Below are positions 37,590 to 51,252 of a stretch of 64,000 nucleotides of DNA, piece by piece (the first letter of the stretch is position 1; each line of letters starts with the position of its first letter). The notes under the pieces were generated by a model. It was not told the DNA's origin. It saw nothing but the letters and a program-made list of their open reading frames with translations, and ran no database searches. This stretch comes from Octopus vulgaris. Taxonomy: Eukaryota. Both the position numbers and the translations under genes were made by a program. Location of the stretch: assembly GCA_951406725.2 (NCBI GenBank), contig OX597827.1:56916001-56980000 (forward strand), in the 5' to 3' direction.

Positions 37590-38210
37590 TATTGAGTCAT
37601 CCCATAAATAATGTGTTTTTCAATTGCATGAACTAAAAGTCAAAGAGAGATGGGATTAACTACCTGCATCAACTTGCTATAAAAGCAAGTAGTAATTGTA
37701 CCTTGTACTTATTCTTAGTGCAAGTTTTGAAGAGTGCTGTTTGATTTTAACAGTTATTTTTTCAAAGCTATTATGGAAGTGACAAAGGAGCATATTTGGC
37801 TTATTTTGCTTTATGAGTTCAATAAAGGCAAAAATGCAACAGAAAGTGTAAGAAATATTAATGCAGTCTTTGGGGATTGGACAATAAACATAAGCCAGTA
37901 TCAACAGTGGTTCCAGATATTCCGAGCTGGAAACTACAGCCTAGAAGACAAGCTTTGTCCTGGAAGATCTGTAGAGCTCAACAAGGACATCCTGCAAACC
38001 CCTGTGGAACAAAATCTCATAATAACTGTTGAGGAATTTGCAAAGAAGCTTGGATTTGGTCATTCAACCATTCATCGACATCTGCGTGCCATTGGGAAAG
38101 TCAGTAGTTTGTGTCATTGAGTTCCTCACAAACTTTCTGAGTCTAATCACGCACAGAGAGCGATTGTGTGCTCTTCTTTGCTGTTATGTCTCACAAATGA
38201 ACCTTTTTTG
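37590..38210 (+). mobile_element. Mariner transposon 5' fragment (HTH region)
   Basis: MEVTKEHIWLILLYEFNKGKNATESVRNINAVFG...WFQIFRAGNYSLED...STIHRHLRAIGKV...*VPHKL. Confidence 0.85.
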
Positions 38211-39599
38211 TCCTACCATCTTGGAAAGTGGGATAGAATGAATAACGGAGACTGAAATAGATTGTCTAAGACTTGGATGATAATGGTTGGAAGTTCTTTG
38301 GTCTTAGGATTTAGTTCAGTGACAGTGAGGGACAGGAACATTATTTACTTCATTTCAGGTGGATTATTTTTTCATAACAGTACAAACAAATCAAACAAAT
38401 TATAACTTAAAAATTAATTGATTGTTTAATTCTTTAACAAACATCATCATCATCATCGTTTAACGTCCGTTCTCCATGCTAGCATGGGTTGGACGGTTCG
38501 ACCGGGGATCTGGGAAGCCAGAAGGCTGCACCAGGCTCCAGTCTTATCTGGCAATGTTTCTACAGCTGGATGCCCTTCCTAACGCCAACCACTCCGTGAG
38601 TGTAGTGGGTGCTTTTTACGTGCCACCTGCACAGGTGCCAGGCGAGGCTGGCAACGGCCACGGTCGGATTGGTGTATTTTATGTGCCACCGGCACGGAAG
38701 CCAGGCGAGGCGGTGCTGGCATCAGCCACGAGTCGGATAGTGCTTTTTACGTACCACCAGACCAGGGATCCTGGCTGGTTCAATTCGATTTCGATTTTGC
38801 TTGCCCCAACATGTCTTCGCAAGCAAAGGGGGTTGGCATGGGTGCCAGTTGTACGGTCGGATTGGTGTATTTTACGTGCCACCGGCACGGAAGCCAGTGG
38901 AGGCGGCACTGGCATCGGCCACGAGTCGGATAGTGCTTTTTACGTACCACCAGACCAGGGATCCTGGCTGGTTCAATTCGATTTCGATTTCGCTTTCGCT
39001 TGCCCCACTCAAATGGTTCCTGGTGACTGCTGGATTAAACTTCTTTTCTTTGAAGTTCATATATCTAAATGATTTGGTTATAAAGTCAATTAAAAAATAA
39101 GATTGTTTTGAATTTACATCATTTTGCTGTCTAGACTAAACATACCATTAATATTTTATTAACAATATATTCTGTTAATATATTATACTGTATTGCAATC
39201 TATATCTGTTGCTCTTTGATCTTTGATCTCTTCACACAGGTTACAACTATCTGTTGTTTCTCATTTAGATAGTAAATTATGAAGATAATGATAACAGACT
39301 TTTTTTTTTACAAATTCTGTCCTTCAAGTATTAATTAATTCCTTCACTTTTTTTGATATCCAAGAGCTTTTAACAAATGATATTATTATTTTTTCATATA
39401 TTTTTACATTATATTTTTTCATTCAGTTTTTTTTTGTTTCAGGCATGGTTGTGTAGTAAGAAGTTTACTTTACAACCACATAATTCTGGGATCAGTCCCA
39501 CAGCATAGCATCTTGGGCTAGTTAGTGCCTTCTATTATAGCTCTTTGGCTGACCCAAGACTTGTGAGTAGATTTAGAGACAAAACTGGAAGAAGCCTAT

Positions 39600-39631
<32 letters not shown>

Positions 39632-39796
39632 CACACACACACACACATACACACATACATACATACATACATACATACATACATACATACATACATACAT
39701 ACATACATAGGAGAGTTCACGAAAAAACAAAAGACGAAGACATTTCGTGTAGAAAACAAATAGATGTATTAGTATAACACTCAGGAATGGAAAAAG

Positions 39797-39834
39797 TCTT
39801 TTACGTTTCAAGCCTATGCTCTTCTACAGAAAGA
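39797..39834 (-). ncRNA. Minimal Penelope-like hammerhead motif in a ~190-bp insert (about 39709..39893) within (ACAT)n
   Basis: Minus strand reads tcttt CTGTAGA a gagc-atag-gctt GAAA cg TA aaaga; the A6 position is U. Confidence 0.5.
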
Positions 39835-39949
39835 GACACAGAAAAACAAAAAAAGGAGAGAAACTAGGAGAGAAAAAAAATGTATGTAGTGGCTACATAC
39901 ATACATATGTACATACATACATATGTACATACATACATACATACATACA

Positions 39950-39983
<34 letters not shown>

Positions 39984-40291
39984 CACACACACACACATAC
40001 ATACATACATACATGCATACATACATGCATACATATGATAGCTGTCAATTCAAGCAAAATTTTAGGTCCAATAAGGCTTGCAAAACACTTCATAGACCCT
40101 CTCTTTTCTGTTGAGACAATCTGAGGCACAAAGATAGTGTGTCAATAGCCAGCTGGAGGAGGTGTCCTCCTGGGGTTAGAAGCTACAGTAACATCCACCC
40201 TTAAGGGTTAGCACATTTAAGTGGCAAATATACTTCACGATATATATAAATATTTATTTATAAATTTATATTGAATCTTGAATTTTTCCAG

Positions 40292-40472
40292 CGAAGTAGT
40301 TCAATTGGAGAAACCACAACTTGAAGAACAGCGCAACCAATTAATCACCCATATAAACCGAGACAAAATTCAGCTGAAGTCCATTGAAGAACGAATCCTC
40401 CAATTGTTATTCCATTCAAAGGGTAACATTCTTGACAATGAGGACCTTATTAACACACTAAATGAATCCAAG
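40292..40472 (+). CDS. DNAH6: DNAH6-like exon 10 (buttress/strut)
   Basis: cag|C..AAG|gtaaat, 181 nt. Reads [60 protein letters not shown]. Confidence 0.94.
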
Positions 40473-40720
40473 GTAAATATAAAAGATTGGCTTCTAAATG
40501 TAATCTCTCATTGTCTTAAGATCACATTTGCAATGTATTATCTTCTTGTTATAAACTAAGTGGCATGGTTGTATGGTAAGAAGCTTGCTTTCCAACTACA
40601 AGTTTCTGGGTTCAGTCCTACTGTAGCACCTAAGGCAAGTGTCATCTGCTATAGCCTTGGACCAGCCAAAGCCTTGTGAGTGGATCTGGTAGATGTAAAC
40701 TGAAAGAAGCCTGTTGTAAA

Positions 40721-40753
<33 letters not shown>

Positions 40754-41229
40754 CCCCCACACACACATTTGACAACCGGTGTTGGTGTGTTTACATCCCC
40801 ATAACTTAGCAGTTTGGCAAAAGAGATAGATAGAAAAAGTACCAAGCCTAACAAAAAGAAAAATGTTTTTTGGTTGACTAAAAGTTCTTCAGAGTGGTGC
40901 CCCAGCATAGCCACAATCTCATGACTGAAACAAGCAAAAAATAAAAAGATAGACGATAAACTCTTTTTTTAAAAGTTATAATTTGATGTGCACTATTTCT
41001 GTTTAATGGTTAGTCCACATTACTCTATAAGGAACACAAGACTGATTCCCTGGTTTCTCTGGCATATGTATTCTTCCCTTGATGGGACACTGGACTGAAG
41101 CAGGATTACTCATTTTTACTAGTTGAGTGGCCTAGAGCTACATGTAGTGAAATATTTTGCTCAAGAATATAATGCATCGCCTGGTGCAGGAGTTGAAACC
41201 ACAATCTTACAATCTGGACTCTAAACTCT

Positions 41230-41755
41230 GCTTGTGAAGACCTGTTGAGGTAAGTGAAGTTGAAATCAAAATCAAACTTGATGACTGGCATCTGTGCTAG
41301 TGGAGCGCTAAGAGCACCATCTGAGTGTGATCATTGCCAGAACAGCTAACTGGCTTCCATGCCCGTGGCACGTAAAAAGCACCATTCAAGCATGATCGTT
41401 ACCAGCATTGCTTTAGTGGTACTTGTGCCAGTGGCATGTGAAAAAAATATTCGAGCGAGGTCGTTGCAAGTGCTGCTGGACTGGCTCCTGTGCAGGTGGC
41501 ACATAAAAGACACCATTTGAGTGTGGCTGTTGCCAGTACCACCTGATTGGCCCTTGTGCCGGTGGCACGTAAAAGCACCCACTACACTCTTGGAGTGGTT
41601 GGCGTTAGGAAGGGCATCCAGCTGTAGAAACTCTGCCAGATCAGACTCGAGCTTGGTGCAGCCATCTGGTTCGCCAGTCCTCAGTCAAATTGTCCAACAC
41701 ATGCTAGCATGGAAAGCGGATGTTAAACGATGATGATGATGATGATGATGATGAG
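41230..41755 (+). mobile_element. Repeat with internal ggtggcacgtaaaaagcacc subrepeats and RTE-like (GAT)n tail. Copies at about 6499-6772, 9090-9550, 31110-31552, 38443-39010(-), 53700-54010(-) and 59400-59740.
   Basis: Shared tail ggcgttaggaagggcatccagctgtagaaactctgcc...catgctagcatggaaagcggacgttaaacg(atg)n. Confidence 0.75.
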
Positions 41756-43345
41756 TCCAACACTCTACCCACTAATCCATGCACCTCTGTTTAATATGTT
41801 ATTGATATTCTCATTGGCTTAGAATAATGTAGCTTCTCTTGTCATCTCTTATGTTATGGCCTAAGCTCACTGGCCAGAACCAGTAAAAGAGTTAGAAAAA
41901 AAAGTAACTCTAATAATTGGTTCTCATTTTGGCACAAGACCAGTAATTTTAAGGAGAAGGGGCAAGTCAATTACATTGACCCCAATACTTGAATGGTATT
42001 TATTTTATTGACCCTGAAAAGACGGAAACCAAAGTCGACCTCAGCAGGGTTTGAACTTAGACTGTAAAAAGTTGGAAGAGCTGCCACTGAGCATTTTGTC
42101 TGACTTGCTGTTGATTCTGCTTGCCATAATTCCATTCCTATACACAAGCTCTGAAATTTAGGGAGACAAGTTAGTTGATTAAATCAACCCCAGATCCTGT
42201 ATTTATGAGCTCACGAAGGATGAAAGGCAAAGTTGACTACAGCCGTATTTGAACTTGGAACACAAAGATCCATAATTAGCATGAGATATTTTGTATGATG
42301 CTTTAACAACCCCGCCAACTCACCACATAACATATAGGTACAAGGTCTCAAATATTTCAAGGAGTGGTCAGTTGATCTTAGTGATCCTAGAAGTCATAAA
42401 CTGGTATACTTATTTTATTGGAATTGGATGGATAAAATGTGGTGTTAACTTCAGTGGGTTTTGAAACCAGAACACAAAGCTGTACAACTAGAGGCCACAC
42501 GTTATTTACTCTCATGCTCTACCAAATGTGTCAATCCATTGCCATGATTCTAATAATGATAGTTATAGCAATAAAAACGGTTTCTGTAAATATTGCTGGG
42601 GCCATTCTCACACAGCATTTGTGAAACTTAAGCATTTTTATGCATGCTTTCCAAAATGTGCCACATTCATTTTGCTACATGGAAAGAAAATCTCTTGACA
42701 TATTTCTCAAACCTTGTATAAGAAAGATAAAGATGATGATAAGAATGATAATAAGGATGATGATGACAATGACGATGACACTGCCAATGACTTGTAAGCT
42801 GGATACAGAGGTATAGAGGATATAAACAAGATCTTCGAATATTTAAAGGAGCCTCTTTTGACCAATCTTTACCATGCATCTATGCATGTATATGCAAGTT
42901 GTGGCAAGAATTTTGAAGATGACTAGCAGTTAACAATGCATGTAATTCTCTCCTCTCCACATGACCAATTTTTATCCAAGAGAAAAACCATTGATTTGGA
43001 TCAATAAAACTTGGTATCGATGTTGTCACAAGCATTGCTATCAGTATGCAAAGAACCCATAACAGACACTGCAAGGCATCTCATAACAACCCACTAAGAG
43101 TACTGTCTCCCCACCCCCAACTGGTATATTTATGATCATTAGTGATGTAAGTCAAAAAGATTTGAAGACTGTGCTTATTCCCATTCTTTGTGACAGCAAT
43201 TATATCTTACCATTCTTAATTTCCTGTTGCACTGTCATGAACCTACATCATATAGATAAATGTGAGCAGAGACTTAAAAACAATGTATACAATGGTCCTC
43301 TATAAAGAGTTTGTTTACTAATATCACTCACAAGGCATTAATCAT

Positions 43346-43391
<46 letters not shown>

Positions 43392-43600
43392 TCGTTTACT
43401 CTTTTAGTTGTTTCAGTCATTTGACTGTGGACATGCTGGAGCACCGCCTTTAGTCGAGCAAATCAACCCCAGGACTTATTCTTTGTAAGCCTAGTACTTA
43501 TTCTATCGGTCTCTTTTGCTGAACTGCTAAGTTATGGGGACATAAAAACACCAGCATCGGTTGTCAAGTGATGTTGGGGGGACAAACACAGACACACAAG

Positions 43601-43642
<42 letters not shown>

Positions 43643-43818
43643 CATATACATATATATGACAGGCTTCTTTCAGTTTCTGTCTACCAAATCCACTCACAAG
43701 GCTTTGGTCGGCCCGAGGCTATAGTAGAAGTCTCTTGCCCAAGGTGCCACACAGTGGGAATGAACCTGGAACCATGTGGTTGGTAAGCAAGCTACTTACC
43801 ACACAGCCACTCGTGATT

Positions 43819-43850
<32 letters not shown>

Positions 43851-44449
43851 TTAATGTCTGTTTTCCATGCTGGCATGAGTTGGATGGTTTGATCACAGCT
43901 GGCAAGTGAGAGAGCTGCACCAGGTTCCAGTCTGATTTGGCTTGGTTTCTACAGCTGGATGCCCTTCCTAATGCCAACCACTTTACAGAGTGTGCTGGGT
44001 GTTTTTAATGTGCCACTGGCACAAGCATTTTTACAATGTGTCAGCATGAGAGCTTTGTTATGTGGCCACAGAACAGAGCTCTTGCTGGCCAATCCCCTAT
44101 ATATGTATGTGTGTGTGATGGGCTTTTTTTCTACCTGTTTCCATCTACTGAAGCCTTGTGAGTGGATTTATCCATACTGGCATGGAAATATATATGCACA
44201 AATATCAACCCTGACTTCCTCTCTCTTTCTTTTTTCTCTCTCACACAACAATAAATAAATAAAAAAAAAACAAGAAAAAAATTGGTCAACAAGCAAAGTT
44301 TATAATTTCCTCTGATAGAAGGTTATATATTCTGCTTGATTTGGCAGTGAAGAATGTTACTTGTTTTACTAGAAGTTATTCACGATTAGTGTAACATCTT
44401 AATTTATAAGCTGACTTGAATGTAAAACATTTTTGTCAAATACACTGTG

Positions 44450-44519
<70 letters not shown>

Positions 44520-44812
44520 TATAGTTGTGATTTCTATTAGGCAGGGTTTAAAAATTGCTCATATGAATTAATGAAGCAAGATAACCATTTGTAGCACTGA
44601 GCGGTTAAATGAAATGTGTGTGCTTCAACCAGATGCTGTTGAAACATCCTGTTTCTATTCTGCAGCCAAATATTCTATCGTTGAACTACTCCAGTAGCTT
44701 TTGAGACTCTTCATTTCCATAGTGGTCTGTTCTTGACTGTGCATTGCATAATATTAAGTTTACTAGCTCCACAAATAAATAAATAAATAAATAAATAAAT
44801 AAATATATAATA

Positions 44813-44854
<42 letters not shown>

Positions 44855-45810
44855 CAACAACAATAACTATGTGTAATAATGAAACATCAAAAACAAAACA
44901 AAATGTTTTTCTCTCTAAATATATGCAAACAATTTACAAACAGGTAATACTGATTTAGCTAAGGACAAAACAAAAGGTTAAATAGAAAACAAAAGACAAA
45001 ATCTGAATATATTTCCAGAATATATTGAGGGTAAAAGAAAAAAACCCCAAAATTGGGGATAAAAGCCATTCTATGAGTTAATCCTGTAAGGCTTAACAGG
45101 GAACCAGATTGAAAGGTAAGAGTGACTTGAAAACTCTGAGCTAAAAGTATAAACAGAGTGTCTGATACTGGCTGTCCTAGGCCAATGCTGAGCCACAAAT
45201 GAGTACAAGAATAAAATGATAAAAGATATTATCAGCTAGAGCAGACTATGCAACCACTGTTATGAGATGGCCATCTGTTCCTTGCCAAGTCCAACTACAT
45301 ATATATATGCAGGAGTGGCTGTGTGGTAAGTAGCTTGCTTTCCAACCACATAGTTCTGGGTTCAGTCCCACTGCATGGCACCTTGGACAAGTGTCTTCTA
45401 CTATAGCCTTGGGCCGACCCAAGCCTTGTGAGTGGATTTGGTAGATGGAAACTGAAAGATGCTTGTTGTATATATATATATATATTTATATATATGTATG
45501 TATGTATGTATATGTTTGTGTGTCTGTGTTCGTCCCCCCTCCCAACATTGCTTGCCAACCGATGCTGGTGTGCTCACGTCCCCGTCACTTAGTGGTTTGG
45601 GCTATAGTAGAAGATCCAAGACCACATGGTTGGGAAGTAAGCTTCTAAGCCACAGAGTAATATTTTATATTTTTCAGATCAAGATTCTTTTCATTGTGTG
45701 TGTGTGTTTGTGTGTGCATGCGTGCATGCGTGTGTGTGTGTGTGTTTGGACATGTGAATACCAGTCTATTTTTTCTTGTGAAGTACAATGACGTTTCTTT
45801 ATATTCAAAG

Positions 45811-45990
45811 GTGACATCTGATGTAATCAACCAGCGTCTGATTGAGGCCGAACAAACTGAAACTAGCATTTCTACAGCTCGAGAGAAATACCGACCAGTT
45901 GCTGTTCAAGGTTCAATCATATATTTTGCGGTGGCAGATATGGCAATTCTTGATCCAATGTATCAATTCTCTTTGAAATATTTCAAACAG
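45811..45990 (+). CDS. DNAH6: DNAH6-like exon 11
   Basis: aag|GTG..CAG|gtattg, 180 nt. Reads VTSDVINQRLIEAEQTETSISTAREKYRPVAVQGSIIYFAVADMAILDPMYQFSLKYFKQ. Confidence 0.94.
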
Positions 45991-46002
45991 GTATTGTCTA
46001 AC

Positions 46003-46074
46003 TACTCTCTTTCTCTTTTACTCTCTCTCTCTCTCTTTCTCTTTTACTCTCTCTCTCTTCTACTCTCTCTCTCT

Positions 46075-46125
<51 letters not shown>

Positions 46126-46268
46126 ACTCTCTCTCTTCTACCCTCTCTCTTCTCTCTCCCTTCTACTCTCTCTTCTACTCTCTTCTACTCTCTCTTCTCT
46201 CTCTCTCTTCTACTCTCTCTCTCTTCTACTCTCTCTCTCTTCTACTCTCTCTCTCTTCTACTCTCTCT

Positions 46269-46306
<38 letters not shown>

Positions 46307-46445
46307 ACTCTTTCTCTCTCTCTTCTACTCTTTCTCTCTCTCTTCTACTCTTTCTCTCTCTCTTCTACTCTCTCTCTCTCTCTGCTACTCTCTCCTACTC
46401 TCCTTCTTTCTCTACCTCCTTCTCTCCATCCCAATCTCCCTCTCA
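46003..46445. repeat. (CT)n/(CTTCTA) polypyrimidine tract just downstream of exon 11
   Basis: Direct reading. Confidence 0.9.
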
Positions 46446-47601
46446 GGAACAACTTTACGTATTGGTGAACAGTCAATGGCACGGGAGAGCAAAAAGATTA
46501 AAGTTTTTGAAAAAAAAGTTAGCTGACAGGGAGGACTGGAAGTCATCTGAATATTGGGAAAAGGTTGCATGTATCATGATGATTCACGCTAGGTATCAAA
46601 ATGCTGACATCATGACTGCTGTTTAATGCTCTGTGAACACTGAAACGGCTGTAAGACATGACATGGACAGCTTCAATGGAGATAATGAAGTTGTGACCGG
46701 TAGGAAGGGACACAATAGGCATCAGAGTGCATCTGTATGTCGGAATTTATCTAACAACAGGCGAACAAGGCCTTAGGCTCAGTTCAGACAGCTATGTGAA
46801 GCTGCTACGGACTGTGATCAATCTCTGGCTGGAGAGGATTATTGTTGGAAGGCCATAAGTTTGCTCCTTCTTGAACCATGCCTGGCTCATAAGGGCCAGT
46901 TTCCTGGTTTCCTTGGCGTATAGGTTCCCCACCTGGATGGGACGCCGGTCTGTCGCAGGTGAGCTGCATGATGCAGGACGAAAGAGTGAGAGAAAGTTGT
47001 GGTGAAAGAGTCAGCAGAAGTTTGCCATTACCTTCTGCTGGAGCTGCATGGAGCTTAGATGTTTCACTCATAAACACACACATCGCCCGGTCTGAGATTT
47101 TTCTCACGATCCCTTGGCCGTGAGTCCACTGCTCTAACCACTAGGCCATGTGCCTCCACAGGCCATAAGTGTGGCAGCAGGATTCAGCTCCTTGCAATAT
47201 CTCTGGAAAGAATCAGACGTGGTTGTTTGAGAACTTCTGTGACATCATCAGCTCCAATTTCTGACTTCTTAATTCATCTGATCGTGACCCCATGGATTGG
47301 TATTTGTGGCATGCACTTGAGAAAGATACCAATTGCTCTTTCTGCAACACCAATGCTGAGCTAGTGGCCATGATCAAGGTGTTCAAAGATCTTCTCAGGG
47401 ACACTATGAGGAATGCATGTGTCAGGTTCCAGAGCTGTATTGAGGTGAAGATAGAAGCTGAAGGCAGCTTCTTTGAGTAAATTGTTATCTCCCAGCCATA
47501 ATTTAGTTGATATTTTTGGATTTTTAAAAATTATTTTATTTTTGAATGGAATATTGTGTTTTCTTTTACACAAATGTTAAATTTAACCCAAAGACCCTGT
47601 A
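46440..47601 (+). mobile_element. Decayed Tc1/mariner-superfamily element interrupted by a SINE (46861..47159, TSD aggccataagt)
   Basis: SDRDPMDWYLWHALEKDTN...MRNACVRFQSCIEVKIEAEGSFFE; terminal ..gaccctg-TA. 11-bp TSD at 46850-60 and 47160-70. Confidence 0.6.
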
Positions 47602-47609
47602 TACATATA

Positions 47610-48330
47610 ATGGGGAGTGCCTACCACCCTGGAAAGAACTCTGGAGGACTGACCTGGAAAAATTGACCTTCCTCTTGTGTGCAGCCACTAACCTTTTGCC
47701 ATTTGCAAATAACCTTAAAATGTGGGACAAACAAGAAGATCCATCCTGCAAGTAGTGTGGAGCATCTCTTTGCACCCTGAACCACAAATTGATTGGATGC
47801 CTTAGGACGCCATAAGAAGGTTGATATAAGTGGCTGTAGGACAAAGTCCTTACAGAAATTGCCTAATGGACAGATCTGCTGAAGGTTAAGATTAACAATC
47901 AGTAGCCATCACTGCCAAAGGGGATCAAATTCCTAAAGGAAGATGACAAGGCTCTTACAGCAAAAATAACAGAAAGGGACCTATTTTCTGTTTAACATCC
48001 AGCCTTAAACTAGGAGATGCTAGTGGACCTAAAGAGCAGATTTGTCTTTTCAGAGGATGTATCAGTAACATCTCTTTGACCAGACATGTTCATGCTCTCC
48101 AGGAGTGAAAAACCAATCAACATGGTTGAACTTTAAGTGCCTTAGGGTAACAGACTTGATATTTCCTAGCAGCTAAAGAAAACCAAATATCAGGACTTGG
48201 TCAACAATGTATGTGTGAAGGCATTGCACACAGCCACATTCCTTTGTGAAGTTGGCTGCAACAGCTTTCCAGTTAAATTAGCGCATTATATTCCTGCAGA
48301 AGAATGGTCTGGAACAAAAGCAAATGAAGG
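47610..48330 (+). mobile_element. Decayed R2-group (HERO-like) LINE C-terminus: zinc knuckle plus restriction-like endonuclease
   Basis: WKELWRTDLEKLTFLLCAATNLLPFANNLKMWDKQEDPSCK*CG...TLNH..GC, then TSL*PDMFM..MVEL*VP and CEVGC, with stops and frameshifts. Confidence 0.6.
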
Positions 48331-49030
48331 AAGTCATTCAAGAAATAGACGTGGCAGCTGAAACCAGCTGAAATTGGCTGTTGTTGATAAGAGGTCATCG
48401 GTGGAACACTTTTACTGGTGAAGGCTAATTCACTCTTCGCTGCACCTCTAAGGCAAAGTATACAGGTGAAAGGGTGCACCAAAAGAAGGTCATGGTGACT
48501 GTTGGTGGTCTGCAGCTGGTCTCATCCATCACAGTTTTTTGGATCCAGGTGAAACCATTATGGCAGAGAAGTACTGTCAGCAAATGGATGAAATGCATAA
48601 GAAATTCTGACAGCAACATGCAGCATTAGTCAATAGAAAAGGATCAATTCTTCTCTATGACAATGCTTGGCTGCACATCGCACAACTCACCCTGCACAAG
48701 TTGAACGAATTGGGCTACGAAACTGCCTCAACCGCCATGCTTACCAGATCTCTCGTCTACTGACTACCACCTTTTCAAGCATCTCGACAACTTTCTGTGT
48801 GAGAAATGCTTCAAAAACCAAGACGATGCCACACACACCTTCAATGACTTCATTGCTACCAGAACGCAGGATTTTTACACTACTTGCATAAATAAACTTG
48901 TTTCGTGTTAGCAAAAGTGTGTTGATTCTGAAAAGTGTTTATTTTGATTAATAAAGTTTTGTTTGAGCCGAGATATGTGCATCTGAATTTAAAGATTAAA
49001 AATCGCAAGAACTTTTTTGACAACTTAATA
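48330..49030 (+). mobile_element. Mariner (DD34D) 3' fragment with right TIR
   Basis: HQKKVMVTV..PGETIMAEKYCQQMDEMH..LVNRKGSILLYDNA..PDLSSTDYHLFKHLDNFL. Terminal aatcgcaagaacttttttgacaacttaa-TA. Confidence 0.85.
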
Positions 49031-49535
49031 TAATATAGGGTAACAGCCCTAAGCAGTGATGTGTATAAATACAAACGTGTTTCTAGTTCAGATATGCTTG
49101 TGGCATATTTGAACCTGTGAGACAGCAATTCACTGTATTTTGTGGTGGAGTTAATTTCTTGCTGTAGACAAAATGGTATAAATACACCAAATAACATGAC
49201 CAGTCATTCAACGATAATAGGAACAACACAAGAGGGGTCTGTCTCTAGTGTCAGTTTGTAGCATCTGCCTTTCTGGTGTCTGTTGCTGAAGAGGAGATAA
49301 TCACTCTGAAAAGCATGCATCCAACAGTCTGGTTAGGGGATGTTGTGGACTCACTCAGTGTATTTACACTTATTTGTCTAGAGCAAGAAATTTTCTCCAT
49401 GACAAAATACAGTGAATGGCTTTCTTATGGGTTTGAATATACCTGAAGCATATTTGAAATGGTATTAGGTTTGTGTGTGTGTGTGTGTGTGTGCGTATGT
49501 GTGTATACATACACATGTGTATATATTATAAATAC

Positions 49536-49575
<40 letters not shown>

Positions 49576-49993
49576 ATATATGTATAAATATATATATGTG
49601 TATATATATTATGCCTAAATATATATGAATAAGTGATGTGTGTATGTATATATATATATATATGGGTATGGATATTGATATATAATATATGATGTTACAT
49701 TCTGTGAAAAGTTATTTCTATAGAAATCAATGATTGAGAAATCTGTGCATCATTAGGAATTCCTTGAAGACGCATTAGACATAGTTTAAGGTTTTTGATT
49801 TCATCTGAAGCAAAACAAATCTTGTGTGAAAAACAAAACAAAGTAAAACAAAAAAAAAAACTGCCAAAATGACTGGTTTTTTATTATCATTATTGCAAAT
49901 TTGAATATCAAAAAAAAAAAAAGAAAAAGAAAAATTACAATGATTATTTCAATAGACAATATCCCTATTCAATTTCTGTTCTGTGTTTTACAG

Positions 49994-50100
49994 TTATTTA
50001 ATATGACTATTGAACAAAGTGAAAAATCTGAAAATCTTGAGACACGATTGATGATATTGTTACGTGAGATAACTGAATTTATATACAAAAATGTCTCCAG
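49994..50100 (+). CDS. DNAH6: DNAH6-like exon 12
   Basis: cag|TTA..AG|gtaagt, 107 nt. Reads LFNMTIEQSEKSENLETRLMILLREITEFIYKNVSR. Confidence 0.92.
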
Positions 50101-50670
50101 GTAAGTAATAAGTTTCCATGGAATACTTGAATAACCTATCTCCATTGCAGTTGTGTGCACATGCTTAATTTTAATTTAAATATTCCGACTTTGTTAATCA
50201 TAAAACATTCATTCAACAAAAGTAATCCTTTTAAAATTTTTGCAATACTTCATTTTAAATTAAAATTTCCCGATAACAAAGAATTCTGTATCTTCAAGCT
50301 GTGATCTAAATATATGTAGTTTTGATAATAAAATGATTGTAAAATTCCAATCATTTCCTCATCTAGAAATATATTTAGTTTCCATTGAATTAATTTACTT
50401 CTTTAACTGCTGTGATTGTTGTTCAGCCCTCAAGTCAGCCCTGATTGACAAATCTTATGTTTAAAAGCACTCCAACCATGACCATATAGTTAGAATAACA
50501 TTATTCATAGTTTTTGAATTTTTCAATAAGAACGGGCTGGGCAAAGTTCAGCGAGGTTCTACCTTTGTTTGTAAACAAAAATGGATGTTAAATAATAATA
50601 ATAATAATAATAATGACGATGATGATGATGATGATGGTGATGATGACGATGGCAACAAGGAGTCCCTACA

Positions 50671-51243
50671 AGGGACTCTTAAAGTCAAAACTACTAAAAT
50701 AAATAAACACATCCTAGCATGTGGCATTTATGTGTAATAATGCCCTCTATATAATATAAATATATATATTTAAGGAAAAAATTGATGGTTTTTTCTCTTA
50801 TGAGGTTTTTCACGCTAACTACTTGATAAATTGTTATGAAGATTTTATCCTATTTTTAAATTGTAAATTTAACCGGAGTATATTCAAAAATGAATTTTTA
50901 TTCCGAATAAGCACATTGTTACTACAATGCAATTTGAAAAAGCCCGCCATTTACATAGATGTATAAGGGGTAAGCATTTCTACATGCTGCGTTGGATACG
51001 ATAGTTGTTCGCCTAGTATGTTGTTTTTGTTCATTCATTATATATCTTGAATTATGCTTGCACTGAGGAGTGAAAGTGCATAAAACTGCACTGATTACGA
51101 AATCAGTGTGATATGCAGCTGAATTCTGTTTTTAAATGACTTGCTTCGAGAGTTGGTTTTGGTACAATGTGTTTATTTATTTTAGGAGTTTTGACTTTAA
51201 GAGTCCCTCCTAGTGTGTGGCATTTATGTGTAATAATGCCCTC

Positions 51244-51252
<9 letters not shown>
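50671..51252 (+). mobile_element. Second ~496-bp hammerhead-bearing element (about 1.1 units) with inverted 42-bp segment at its left end
   Basis: Direct repeat gtggcatttatgtgtaataatgccctctatataat at 50721 and 51217. 50671..50712 is the reverse complement of 51167..51208 (1 mismatch). Ends in (TA)n. Confidence 0.65.
51049..51126 (+). ncRNA. Type I hammerhead with intact core, AUA after 51113
   Basis: gaatt..gcttgca CTGAGGA gtga-a-agtgca-taaaac-tgcact-ga-ttac GAAA tca-gtg-tga TA tgcagc..aattc. Confidence 0.68.

Noticed and set aside
45694-46626. 310-aa ORF as a standalone gene
   Set aside because: Only 45811-45990 is dynein exon; the rest is read-through of (GT)n, (CT)n and transposon remnant.
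49755-49830. ttgaagacgc...gcaaaacaaatcttgtg hammerhead-like string
   Set aside because: Both core boxes are mutated and there is no stem I partner.
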